From NCBI RefSeq assembly GCF_006345805.1, contig NC_042998.1, positions 180,048,001 to 180,112,000 on the forward strand: a stretch of 64,000 bases of DNA, in the 5' to 3' direction. The position numbers and the translations under genes were made by a program. Below the pieces are notes generated by a model, which was not told where the DNA came from, did no database searches, and worked only from the letters and a program-made list of their open reading frames with translations. The stretch is from Octopus sinensis (taxonomy: Eukaryota). Below are positions 13,231 to 26,176 of the stretch, piece by piece (within the stretch, counting starts at the first letter, position 1; each line of letters begins with the position of its first letter).

Positions 13231-14032
13231 TGCATGCATACATTCGCACACACACACACACAATTAACGGACAAGAGGACGTGCACAAGAAATGAATTAG
13301 CTTAAAATCGGTAAAAAGAGAGAGTTTGACGTTTTGAACATAGCTCTTTGTCGGAAAGAAGAAAGGGTAAAAAAGAAGGAAAAGAAATCGCCACCGACAC
13401 GTGTGTGATTACTTCGCTGAAATGACCGGAAGTAGAAAGAGATAGAGAAAGTAGTTTTGGGTGACAGAAGAGTGTGAAGATGCTTAGTGTATGTGTGTGT
13501 GTGTGTGTTAGTATATGTGTGCGTGTCTCTTTGTGTTTGTGTGAGTGATGGGCGAATAAGAGTGTGAGTCAAAGAGTGATTCAGAGGGAGATGAAGTGTG
13601 TATAAGTGGGTGTTACCGTGTGTGTATATATTTGTCAGTATGTGTGCGCATGTCGGAATGTGTATGTGTGTGTGTGTGTGTGTGTGTATAAGTGCTTGTG
13701 TGTGTTTCTCTCTATATATACGAGTGTGTGTGCTTATAAATGTGCACGAGTGTCTGTGTTGAAGTATGAATACATGCATGTATCGTATGTGTGTGTATGT
13801 GTGTGTGCATGCGTGCGAAAGAGAAACTCGGTGGCACGTGTGTTGGTGCGTTGGTGCGTTGGTGCGTTGGTGTAGCCGTGCGTATATGTTTTAGTGTGTA
13901 TGCACATGAGCGCGCGCGTGTTTGCACATGAGCGCGTGTGTACGTATGTGCGAGTGTATTTGGATATATATGTACGTATGTACGTACTTACGTATGTATG
14001 TATGCATGTACGAATATATGTATGTATGTATG

Positions 14033-14066
<34 letters not shown>

Positions 14067-14377
14067 TGTGTGTATGTATATATGTATGTATGAATGTATG
14101 TATGTATGTGTGTATGTATGTGTGTATGTATGTATGTATGTATGTGTGTATGTATGTATGTGTGTATGTATGTATGTGTGTATGTATGTATGTATGTATG
14201 TATATGTGTATGTATGTATGTATGTATATATGCATGTATACCAGATTCACTCAGATAGCTATAGCAGAAGTTACTGCAACGCATTGCGACTGGATTCGAG
14301 ACCACGACGTTGCGAACTGAACTTCTTAACCACGGCACCTTCTTCGTTATACACACATTTATATATATATATATAAT

Positions 14378-14408
<31 letters not shown>

Positions 14409-14560
14409 CATATATATATATATATATATATATTGTATGTATGTATGTATGTATGTATGTATGTATGTATGTATGTATGTATGTATATATGTATGTATTT
14501 ATGTATATATATGTATATATATATGTATATACATCACGAATGTGTATGTTTATAGTGTGT
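12700..14560. repeat. Compound (TA)n/(CA)n/(TG)n/(TATG)n microsatellite field
   Basis: Directly visible; source of the YIYI, HTHT and CMYV ORFs. Confidence 0.9.
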
Positions 14561-15350
14561 GTACGCACGAATGTATATACTTCTGTATATACATTTTGCA
14601 GTGACATGATGCACTTGATTCATGATTGGTCGTTGACGATGAAAATGAATAATGATAATGTTTATGAATGATATGAATGCGATGGGTTGTGATAGTGTTG
14701 GTTGTGGTTAATATTGAGTGTGATTTTAATAAATATGGTTATCGTTCTGCCGATGCTGCTAATGCAGATGTTGACCACAACGACAATAGCGATTAAAATG
14801 AGTCTGACGATGCTAGTGATGATGATTCGGAATTTTGCATCAATATTTATCTCGATATTTTCCGCTCAAATAATTCAATTGGATTGCATTGTATTAAATT
14901 GAGCTGTACAACTTCTCATTGTCAAACCAAACAGACGAAACAATGAATTGAAAGGAAACTGTCGCTGAAACGCTAAAATCTTTATGTTTTCTCTGTTCTG
15001 CTAATGGACTAAATTTGTCAAAATTAATCGTTTTTATTGCTTCTTTCAATTATCCTTTCCAGATTAATAACACATACGACGGCTAATGTTCTTTCGAAGA
15101 AACGTTTTCGTTGAGTAAATAACGTAATTTTGTTAGTTTTGAGTTCAAACTTAAATAAGCTGGGCACTTGTTTTTCAATGTGCATTTTGGCATTTCAAAA
15201 ATATTTACACAACTCGTTTTATCCTGTCGAATGGGTATAGGAAACAAATTTTCAAGGGGTGTCACATCTGTCTAGATAAAGATTTATATATATATCTTAA
15301 TCTTTTATATGCAACAGAAGCAGCGTTAGATTAAAATAGCATTCTGTGTA

Positions 15351-15558
15351 TTACTCTTTACTCTTTTACTTGTTTCAGTCATTTGACTGCGGCCATGCTG
15401 GAGCACCGCCTTTAGTCGAGCAAATCGACCCCAGGACTTATTCTTTGTAAGCCCAGTACTTATTCTATCGGTCTCTTTTGCCGAACCGCTAAGTGACGGG
15501 GACGTAAACACACCAGCATCGGTTGTCAAGCAATGCTAGGGGGACAAACACAAACACA

Positions 15559-15590
<32 letters not shown>

Positions 15591-15762
15591 CATATATACG
15601 ACAGGCTTCTTTCAGTTTCCGTCTACCAAATCCACTCACAAGGCATTGGTCGGCCCGGGGTTATAGCAGTAGACACTTGCCCAAGATGCCACGCAGTGGG
15701 ACTGAACCCGGAACCATGTGGTTGGTTAGCAAGCTACTTACCACACAGCCACTCCTGCGCCT
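15351..15762 (-). mobile_element. tRNA-derived CORE-type SINE, family 1, full length with internal microsatellite
   Basis: Minus strand reads GGCGCAGGAGTGGCTGTGTGGTAAG (A box), GGTTCAGTCCC (B box), TTGGGCAAGTGTCT (CORE-like), and ends in an (AAAAGAGT)n tail; more than 8 copies in the window. Confidence 0.9.
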
Positions 15763-16431
15763 ATTGTACATAATATAAAAACATCGCGAAAAGCAAATTT
15801 AATGCAGTATTTTTCGGAGATATATTTTTTGCGCAAATGCTATGTTTAAAAGCAGAGTATATATTGGAGGCCGAGGAAAATCGCCCTTGCAGCAGATAGT
15901 GAGAATGCTAGACACACATTTCTGCCCCGTTGGGAATTGTCATCGCGATGTATTTACACTAATTATTGCTATACAAACGAACGTTATAAAATCGCATCTA
16001 AGACCGATCCTTGTGGCTTTGCACAAATTTTGAAGAAAGTCTTCGTTAATCCTACTGCTGAAGAGGCACTAGTAGGGTGATCATCTTTTGCTTCTTATCC
16101 GATAATCATTGTCAAGCAATATATCTAACAATAAGAAACACTGCAACAGTGTAAGTATTGCGATTATCTTTTGTATATGATATCTGCAACATGAAGGTAT
16201 TTCGTTGGCTTGAAATGGTGCGTAGTGATAAAAAGGGTGAATTATGTCTACTTTGAGACATAATATCCCAAATAAAACTAGAAAGATTCAGACCGGATTG
16301 TATAGCATGACGGAAATTTTTACTCTTAGGGATTATATTTTAAATTCACTGTTTTTCTGATTGTTTTGCATTATTTCACATATATATGTTATACGTTATA
16401 TAGCATATAACCGCGAAACAATTAGGCTGGT

Positions 16432-17176
16432 AGATTTCCAAGATATAGCCCCCAGATCATCACTGATTTTCCTCCATGTTTAACATTTGGAAGAAGGTAG
16501 TCTTCTTTTGGCTGTCTCCACATGTATACTCGGTTGATGACTCATCCGAGAAAATAACATTCTTCCACTGCTCTAGGGACCAATTCTGTAGGGTTTTACT
16601 CCACGTTTGTTTTTAAAAGTAATGGTTTTCTGATTGCAGCTCTACCCTTAAGATCCGGCTTTGTGCAGCTCCCGGCGAACAATTTTTGTGGAAACTGGGT
16701 TCTCGAGGTGGTCGTTAAGCTCTGCAGTAATTTTGGGAGAGCTGTACTTTTGCGTTCCTTTCTAACAATTCGTGTAAGAGTCCGACGGCCCCTATCTGGA
16801 AATTTTGGTTTTCTTCCGGAATTTTGCTTCGAAGAGGAGCTTTTTCCCTCCTTCTCAAAGGCTGTCATTACTTTCGGGACAGCACTTCTTGATACACCAA
16901 ACATTTCGGCTGTTTTCGTTACGCTGGCGCCTGCCATATGAACACCAACAATTTGAGCTCTTTGATAGTCCGATAGATCTGTCATTTTAATGAATTGTAA
17001 TTACCTTTTCTGATGATATCTGAAAAGAAACAGCAATTTTAACAAAACATATTAAGCAATATTAATAATAAAGCAAAAAACAAAAATAAAGAAGCTTTTG
17101 ACGGTTTTATAGATATTTCAAAATTATGATGCTATGATGCTAGGTGTTTCCATTATTTTGTTTTGTCCAACCCCTG
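16432..17176 (-). mobile_element. Truncated Tc1-like transposon (5' TIR plus N-terminal transposase)
   Basis: ORF 16596-16985 (MTDLSDYQRAQIVG...SGRKPK, HTH region). TIR CAGGGGTTGGACAAAACAAAATAATGGAAACACC on the minus strand. Same family as 46958-48208. Confidence 0.9.
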
Positions 17177-17184
17177 TGTATATA

Positions 17185-17227
17185 TATCTATATCTATATC
17201 TATCTATCTATCTATCTATCTATCTAC

Positions 17228-17288
<61 letters not shown>

Positions 17289-17315
17289 ATCTATCTATCT
17301 ATCTATCTATCTATC

Positions 17316-17345
<30 letters not shown>
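17185..17345. repeat. (TATC)n/(TA)n microsatellite
   Basis: Directly visible. Confidence 0.95.
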
Positions 17346-17347
<2 letters not shown>

Positions 17348-17356
17348 ATATATAAA

Positions 17357-17387
<31 letters not shown>

Positions 17388-17516
17388 CACACATTAATAT
17401 ATATATACATTCATATATATGTATAAATATATGTATATATATGTGACCGCGTGTGTATCGTTGGCGATTTTTTCCCTCCGTCTTCCCATCCTTGGATCTT
17501 TCCTTTTCCTATGTTT

Positions 17517-17545
17517 CTGACGAAGAGCTCCGCTGGAAATGTTAA
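17517..17545 (+). ncRNA. Degenerate minimal hammerhead-like motif in a ~200-bp element between (TA)n tracts
   Basis: CTGACGA-A-GAGC-TCC-GCT(G)-GAAATGTT: CUGANGA core, short stem II and GAAA, with substitutions. Confidence 0.45.
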
Positions 17546-17661
17546 CTTCTCCTTCCTTCTTTCCTTTCCTGAGCATCCAATAACACTTTACTTTTTCCAC
17601 GTCCTCGCGTTGTTGTGTTTTCTCTTTGTGTTTTCATGCTTTGATTTATATATATATATAT

Positions 17662-17799
17662 ATAGAATGGTTGTATACTGTCAATCTAACGTGAACGTGA
17701 CAGTAAGGGGTTACACCACCGCTGTTTAGCCCTAGGAAGCGGTGGTGCAACCCCCTACTGTCACGTTCACGTTAGATTGACAGTATACAACCATTCTAT
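17662..17799. repeat. Fold-back palindrome, 62-bp arms, 14-nt loop
   Basis: ATAGAATGGTTGTATACTGTCAATCTAACGTGAACGTGACAGTAAGGGGTTACACCACCGCT and its reverse complement with 2 mismatches; starts directly after a (TA)n tract. Confidence 0.95.
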
Positions 17800-17850
17800 C
17801 GCCCCATCACCGTACATATCTCTATGAGAGATTTATAAGTTTAATATTTT

Positions 17851-17889
<39 letters not shown>

Positions 17890-17890
<1 letters not shown>

Positions 17891-18172
17891 AGTCGAAATT
17901 TACAGAAAGACAAAGAACGAAGACATGTGTATAAACAACAAGCAGGTGTATTATTTTGAGGCTCTGGTAGGCGAGAAAGTTCACATGATTGACCGCTAAA
18001 TCCACAAGTTTTTCTCATTTTCTCTCTGTTTATTTCCTCTTGCTCCTTTCTGTTGAAGAGCGTAGGCTCGAAACGTAAAATACTTTCTCACCTTCCCAAG
18101 CGTCAAACTAATACATCTACTTGTTGTTTATACACCTGTCTTCGTGTTTTGTTTTCCTATAAATTTCAACTA
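17890..18172 (+). mobile_element. Penelope-like pLTR-type non-autonomous element with an inverted partial copy and a minimal hammerhead-like motif
   Basis: 17890-17980 is a diverged reverse complement of 18082-18172. Motif CTGTTGAAGAGCGTAGGCTCGAAACGTA at 18050-18077. Flanked by TA-rich microsatellite; homolog at 57111-57302 (-). Confidence 0.6.
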
Positions 18173-18187
18173 TATATGTATATATAT

Positions 18188-18221
<34 letters not shown>

Positions 18222-19482
18222 ATATACATATAATTTTCTGTGGGATAGCGCACTCGAAAACGTTCCTACACGATGTGGCATGTCAAAGAACACTGAATGT
18301 CTCAGCCAAGCGAGAGAGCTCGAGCCAAGTGATCTAGGATGATAGGTATCGATATTTTCCTAATGTTGTAGGTCTTCGGTACCATGTACTCGATTCACCT
18401 CGAAACGAATTGAATCACCGATCTGGGGACATAAATGCATATATTGTGAAACTTATTTGCTGATGTACTGTGGCGTAGCATATAAAACAAAATTATATTT
18501 CGAAACAAAATGAGCGCTAGTAAGGTAAACATTATTGGTGACACATACATAGTGCATGTGTTCTGTTTATACGCCAATTTTCTGCGGGATAGCCTTCTGG
18601 GAAAGCTCCCTACACGACGCCGAGTATTAAAGAACAATAATTCGAAACACATCAACGGTGGAGAAAATAGGGTAACATTATCCCATCAATGATCTACTTC
18701 CTGTTACAATACACACACTCATTCACGCACTCACAAACACACAGGATGAGATACTTATTTATTCTTCCTTATTCTCTCTCAAGCAGGCAACATAGACTCG
18801 TAGATTACCCTACTAGAAACATCAGTCAAAATACTCCGCAAATTACAACACATAGATCTGAACAAGGAGAAACAGATTACATTATGTAGTGCTACATATA
18901 TAAATGGCGTAGAGATGCATAAGATATTATGGTTGAAACATCTTTTAACTTCGTCTGATTAGTTGGGGTTCAGCTGGCACTAAACACAAACAAATCCTCA
19001 AACGAGTTTCATACTGGTTTTATGAACGGTGATATAAACATCGTTCTGCAATAGTAACTTCTCCGTGTCTGAAAGTATCGGAAATCGTTCAATTTGCTGC
19101 TATTACTAAACCTGCAATGCTTGCGCATATGTGTGTATGTGTGCTTTATAATAGACAAATGATGGAATAGACATAATGATAGATAATACCCTTACATGCG
19201 ATGCACTGAAATACTCCTGCAAGTGTGAATCGAGAATTTTAAACTTTTATATAGAAAAAGCTACTGCACTTATATAACCTGCTCAAATATACGTACTTAC
19301 ACACTTATATGCACACGGACAAACAAGTTAAAATTAGTAAATATGTACATAAATGTGCACTTTACTAAAATATAGAGTAATCCTTCATTTTAATGTTAGG
19401 ATTACATACATACATGTACACACACATACATACGTAAGCATGTATCTCTCATACATCTCTCTCTCTCTCTCTCTCTCTAAAT

Positions 19483-19535
<53 letters not shown>

Positions 19536-19658
19536 AATGTAAAATTATATATATATGTATATAAATTAACGAAGGCAGCTATAGCAACATTAAACCAAAA
19601 AGGAAAAATTTAATTGTCATTAATTGAGAGTGAGGGTGCCGGGTAGCAAATATATACA

Positions 19659-20070
19659 AGGCGGTGAGCTGGCAGAATCGTTAGCACGCCGGACGAAATG
19701 CTTAGCGGTATTTTGTCTGTCATTACGTTCTGAGTTCAAATTCCACCGAGGTCGACTTTGCCTTTCATCCTTTCGGGGTCGATGAATTAAGTACCAGTTA
19801 TGCACTGGGGTCAATGTAATCGACTTAATCCATTTGTCTGTCCTTGTTTGTCCCCTCTATGTTTAGCCCCTTGTGGGTAATAAAGAAATAGGTATTTTGT
19901 CTGTCATTACGTTGAGTTCAAATTCCACCGAGGTCGACTTTGTCTTTCATCCTTTCGGGGTCGATAAATTAAGTACCAGTTATGCACTGGGGTCAATGTA
20001 ATCGACTAAATCCCTTTGTCTGTCCTTGTTTGTCCCCTCTATGCTTAGCTCCTTGTGGGCAATAATGAAA
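19659..20070 (+). mobile_element. Family 2 SINE with an internal ~184-bp tandem dimer
   Basis: GGCGGTGAGCTGGCAGAATCG head, B box GAGTTCAAATTCC, Nin-like GCCTTTCATCCTTTCGGGGTCGA; unit repeated from ~19892. Confidence 0.9.
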
Positions 20071-20190
20071 CAAAATATATTGCTAGAAATAGAAGTTAAA
20101 GACTCTTGGAGCCGCAAGAAATCACATTTTCATATACTGACAGGGGAGATATCCACTCACACCGAAGCTAGATATATATATTCCAACATG

Positions 20191-20279
<89 letters not shown>

Positions 20280-20371
20280 GGGTAACATACACCCAGGTTG
20301 TAATGGTTAACCCAGATAACGGTGTTTCTGCTAGTATATATATATATATACGCACACACGTATACATATAT

Positions 20372-20632
20372 CACGTGATCACGTGACCGACTATCAACAT
20401 ATCAAGTTTTGTTACACCTTGATGGTCACAATCTGAATTTGCATTGTTTTAATGACGTCAACCCACTGCCTAGGTGAGCAGGCCAGCATTCCCTCCCTAA
20501 TCGAAGGGTGAACTTGTGCAACGTGAAATGAAATGTTTTGCTCAAGAACACACCTCACCTCCTAAATAGGGAATTGAACACACGATCTAACGATCGTGAG
20601 TGCAAAGACCTAACCACTAGGTCACGCGCCTT
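20372..20632 (-). mobile_element. Family 3-related SINE
   Basis: Minus strand GGCGCGTGACCTAGTGGTTAGG...GTTCAATTCCC...TTCTTGAGCAAAACATTT. Confidence 0.7.
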
Positions 20633-20681
20633 CACATGCATATGTATACACATTGCATGGAAATCTTAAGTAGCTCAATTA

Positions 20682-21305
20682 GTCAGGCTGGAAGGGAGCA
20701 AAATTTAACCGGGGAAAGTCAGTAGGATTGCGGCGCGGCACCTGGAGAAGTAAGCCCATGTCGTCCAACAGCGTCTCCATCGTAGGATGCTGGACCGACG
20801 GACCGGTTAAATTGCTCGGAGTCTGGTTCGGTCCGGACCTCCAAATGGAGAAGAACTGGGGCAAAATAACGACTGGGATGGCCACTCTCACCCAGCAATG
20901 GGTCGAGAGGAAGCTATCCCTAAAAGGTCGGGCGGAGGTGTCGAACGCGTACATCGCATCCGTCATCGAGTACCGTCTGACCGTCGTGCCTTGTCCCGAC
21001 CCTACCATCACTAGACTTGAACGCAGACTCTTCCGCTTCCTGTGGAAGGGAAGCGTTCCGATGTTTAGGCGATCCATTTGCTATCAACACCCGCTAAATG
21101 GAGGGCTAGGCATGCCGTGGTTGATGATGCGCAGATATGCGCTGAGACTGCGACATCTCCGGCGCTTCATAGACGACGGTGAACAGGTGTGGTCGCCGTT
21201 TATGCGGTGCACTTTCCCGCAGCTCGTCTCCTTGACCGAACTACAGTCGTGGATCAAACAGAGACCGAGGCTAGGCGAATTGCACCGCGAGTGTCACGTT
21301 GCCGG
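20682..21305 (+). mobile_element. L1/Tx1-clade LINE ORF2 fragment (RT thumb and downstream region)
   Basis: GC-rich island encoding LLGVWFG...NW...W..RKLSLKGRAEVSNAYIAS...FRFLWKG...GGLGMP, motifs typical of L1/Tx1 ORF2. Confidence 0.85.
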
Positions 21306-21744
21306 AAAAGAAATATTGTCGGTTATGTTTGCATGTTGTGCATTTTAAAAGGATATTAACGCTGTTATACCTTTTGTTGTAGGGTACAACATGAACGATA
21401 ACAAAAAAGAAACTTATGTCTATTTCACCACTGAAATAGGCAAGCTGAAAGTATGAGTAAAATTGTACTTTGAACGTTTTTTTACTGAGGGCATCGGGCA
21501 AGTTTCTATTTAAATTAACCATATCAATTGCTTTCTTGTCGCCAACAGTATTTCTACATTCGGCAAGTACACATATTTTAATATTATTTTCAGTTTTTAA
21601 TACATGAATTTAATTCTACCGTTACTCTTAATCAGGTGTCCCCAGGGTAATATGAAGAAAGTACTTGAATGCTTTTTGGGAGAGCTTTCTCTCTTTGCTT
21701 TCACATTGAGAAAAAGATAAATAGAGTGTAATAAAGAGTGAGAA

Positions 21745-21786
<42 letters not shown>

Positions 21787-23051
21787 TGAGAGAGAAATAA
21801 CAAGAAAGAGAGAAAGAGGAAGCAGGAATAGTGATATACATAACCGTAAAGATCCACGAGATGAGAAACTATTTATGTGATGAAGATATGTTTAGATGAG
21901 AGATGATGCAACTGAAAAAAGGTCGAATGGTTGATAAAGATCTGTATTACAGCATAACAATTTTCTAATTAGATTTGGTTGTTCATGGCATTAAATATGC
22001 TAACATCTCCTTAACTAGTGTATTTTGCCATCTCTGAATAATTTACTTAAATGGATTTTTTAAAAATAAATATATTTATTTTTCATTCTCACAAATTACT
22101 ACTTCAGTAAACACTGTGAAGTTTGTTTCGTTGAGGACACGTTTCAAGAGCGATACGTGCACAGAGCTGCCTCTCGCTCTTGTTGGAATATTGAAAATTA
22201 TATATATTACAGGCATCTTCTGCATAATATAAGCGTTGTTTTCCTGAAAATTTTACCATATTGTGTGATTCCGTAACGCCATTTATACTCCCCGTTGGTT
22301 TTCGTTTTACAGTGGTGCGAAAAGCGCTTCATATTAAAGAATTTCCCATTACGACAATATTTCCAGGGACTCAACACTTCTATAAAGTTGGGGCGGCTTA
22401 TAGTTTCTGAGAAATGCTTGTTTATCACTACATATATAGTTCTAATTATAATATATTTCTATAATATGATATATTTCTAATTCCAGAGTAAATAAGTTGA
22501 TTGTTGTATTTTCTATGGAAAGCGATTTTGAGACCTCGATGATTTTTTTCTGTAAATATATATTTCAATTTATTCCCTTGTCTTTTTTAAATGGTTTCTC
22601 ATTTAGGTGTAAGGCCAGCAATTTTGAGGGGCGGGTTTAGTTGGTGTAATTGGCTCTAATATTTCTCTGGTTCTTTATTTTACAGAATCCGAAACGAAAA
22701 GTTGGGAATTGAACTCAGTATATAAAAACCCGAAACAAATATTAGAGGACATTTTTTTCAGACGCTCAAATGAATCTGCAACCTCACCACTTTCGCATCT
22801 TTTAAATGATCTGATATGAATAGCGCAACGTGTGAGTAATGAAGAAAACCGATTTGATGAAAAAAGAAGCCAGAGAGGGAAAAAGTGAGTCAGTGATAAA
22901 AGGATGCTCGGGTAGAAAAGTAGTCACCAAATAACAGGAAACGGTCCATATAAGCAGTATGAATTCTACAAGTCTATAAGGAAAAGAAATAACGCATTTT
23001 TTCTGATGAAGTTGCTACAAATGAACCAAGGGATGGAATTCGAAAATAAAG

Positions 23052-23928
23052 TACTTTCAAAAAGTGTCTGACTTTTGGGAATAATAAAACAACAAATTTA
23101 TGCATTTTACAAGTTTGTTTAATCACCTTCAAAATACTCCCCTTGGGAGTTCACAAACTTCACCCAACGGTTCTACCACTGCTGGTAACACCCCTGGAAC
23201 CTCATCTCTGGAATGATATGAGGCTCCGCCGTCGCTTTTCTCATAATTTCCTCACACGACTCAAATCTGTTCCTTTTCAGCGTGGATTTCATTTTGGGGA
23301 AGAGCCAAGAGTCACACGGTGCCAAGTCGGGTGAGTAGTAAACCTGTTGAGCAAGTGGTGTATCGTTCTGGACAGGAAAGCTTGAATTATCCGACTTTAT
23401 TTTCCGCATGCACAAATCCTCCGTTGTAATGGGATGAAATGATTCTGTGCTTATTCCCACTTCGAAAGAGATATTCTGGATTCTTACATGACGAACTTTC
23501 GCAAACGGCTCCTGGTTTTGGTTTGTGGAGGCTTCCCTGAGCATTCGTCGCTCTCCACTGAAGCGCGGCCATGTTTGAAACAGTTTTGCTACCCCTTGAT
23601 CTGATTTTTACCAAGGCATCATCGACAAAGTCATGCTGAATCTTCTGGATGAAATGAGCCTGAGTTTCAGCAAGCTTTTGGCAAAACTTGATTCAATATC
23701 TCTGTTCGATACGTTCAGTGTTCTTGGATGAACACGAAAATCTGACCACCACGCAGTACATGTCTGTACTCTAGGCATAACAGCCGAGAACTGATGCGGC
23801 CTACAGTTGCGAAAGTTTTCACGTGTACACGAAAAGAATTGCATAACCTCCCAAGGAAGGGAGTTTGCTTACGTGGCATTAATTCAGGCGGGAAAATATA
23901 AAGTCATATAATTTTTTAACACACTTCG
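23052..23928 (-). mobile_element. Decayed mariner transposon
   Basis: Minus-strand YYSPDLAPCDSWLFPKMKSTLKRNRF (mariner YSPDLAPxD motif). Degenerate TIRs TTCAAAAAGTGTCTGACTTT and AAAGTCATATAATTTTTTAACACACTTCG followed by TA. Confidence 0.85.
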
Positions 23929-24882
23929 TATATCGTTGGCAGTGAAATTTGTCTGGTATGCGATGAGCAACACCCGTCCCTCAGGAAGCGAACTTGGCTG
24001 AAATCACGTGATCTGGCACTCCTACCAGATAGTCCTTGTCTACTAATTATATATGTCTTGTTCTCAGCCAGCCCCGTGTTTCTGTATGAGAGGGTCACTC
24101 AAAGTGAATACCACTGTACCTCCGAAAAGGATAGTTAACGCCAATGGAAATTGAACTCAGTACATAAAAAGCCGGAACAAGTATTACAGGACATGCTTTA
24201 CGGCGTTCTAATGATTCTGCCAGCTCACCACGTTCTTCTCCTTGATTATTAATCTAATAAGAACACGGCAACGTGTGTGTCACAAAGAAAGCTTAGAAAA
24301 TAGACAAAAGAAGCCAGAGACGGAAAAAGTGAAACTGACAAAAGAATGTGCGAGTAGAAAAATGTTCAAGTGAAAGGTAGTCATTAAGAAACGGTCCATA
24401 TAACAAGCATGAGATTTAGAAGTTCCTTAGACAGAGAAATATGCAATATTACGAGGACGCTGCTACAAAATTACTCTGAATCTAGGGATGGAATTTGAAA
24501 ATAACGAGGTGTGTATATATGCTGAATTCATTCTGGCAAATTTCAACATCAGTGTGATATTCTTTGTTGGATTTCGTAAACCTGAATTATGTGTTGAGAA
24601 TACGCATGGTACAGTGACATCGGGGACCCTTAGCCACCGGTGTTTGGACATGGGATGCTACGTCAATCAAAGACATTGCCCAGATATTGCATTTCAATCA
24701 CTAGATATTGCGGTCAGTCTAGAATCAGTCTAGGACACCGCCTTCGAGGGTTTGAGTCGATTATGTAGATTCTTTTATTCATTTTAGTCTAGCATGTTTT
24801 TATAGGTCACAGAGAGAACCGTAAGTAATTAAAACATTTCCCTAAAGTGGGAGACGCCTCAAAGTACGTAATACCTACACAG

Positions 24883-24888
24883 ATATAT

Positions 24889-24934
<46 letters not shown>

Positions 24935-24945
24935 GAGAGAGAGAG

Positions 24946-24995
<50 letters not shown>

Positions 24996-25342
24996 ATATA
25001 AACATACACATATCTATCTACTTCTCTCTCTCTCTCTATCTATCTATCTATCACCTCTATCTCTCTTTATATATATATATTTATATACGTACGTATGTAT
25101 ATATGTATATGTGTGCATGTATATCTGTCTCTCTCTCTCGATATATATATATATATAGATAGATAGATATAAACATACACATATCTATCACACATACATA
25201 CATACATACATACATACACACATACATACACACATACATACATACATACATACACACATACATACATACACACACACACATATACATACATACATACATA
25301 CATACATACATACATACATACATACATACATACATACATACA
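24883..25342. repeat. Compound (TA)/(GA)/(GATA)/(CATA) microsatellite
   Basis: Directly visible. Confidence 0.95.
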
Positions 25343-26176
25343 ATCGTATATTGCACATGAGCTTCGTAGTCCAATCAGAAAGTATTGATCAACTCAAAGC
25401 TGTTACAATAGAATACAATTTGTCAAGCTGCTGTGTAGCGAAATCGAACCTGCAGCTGCGTGGTTGTGAATCGTAGGTAAAAGACACGGCTATGTCCGCA
25501 CCTATTATTAAAGAAAATTAGAAAATGCTTCATCAATTTGCCAAACAAATTAGAGTAGGTATACTTAACGGAACTTCATTTCATTTCCTATATATAACTT
25601 AAAATTGATTTCCTTTGACTACACAGAATGAAAAATTTTTGTTGAAGAAAAAGTTGTGAATTAAATTGATATTGCAGTAACTTATTTTGCCGAAGCCAGT
25701 GTTGATGAATGGTACAATTAACTGAAGTTCAGTTGGGATACAGAGAGATTAAACTGAATATAATAAAACATTTACTCGGCATACTACTCTGTCTGCTATC
25801 ACCACCACCACTAGCTTTTCCTAGTGGACAGTTAAAAATAGAATTATTGTAAATATTCATTTACTTTGTTTGAAAAGTCTACTCTATACCCCAAGCATTT
25901 TCTAAAAACCAATAATAGTTTTTCATATTGTGTAATATGATAAATACATGTCAAAATATTGGATCCACTCCTATAAGAAATTGTTTGGTTGATATGATTG
26001 GTCACCTTTCATTCGCAATATCTTTTTATTTTATTTTATTTCCAAGAGAAAGAAAAAGGTTTTTATATTCTCTGTTACAGCTGCTGTTAAAGAGATGAAA
26101 ATAGATCTTATTCTACGAACATGTGAAAATTAAGTGCAAAGACTCAGACCTCCGTAAGAAGAATATAATAATAATA

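Noticed and set aside
20453-20460. TGACGTCA (CRE) motif
   Set aside because: Lies inside a SINE copy with no supporting context.
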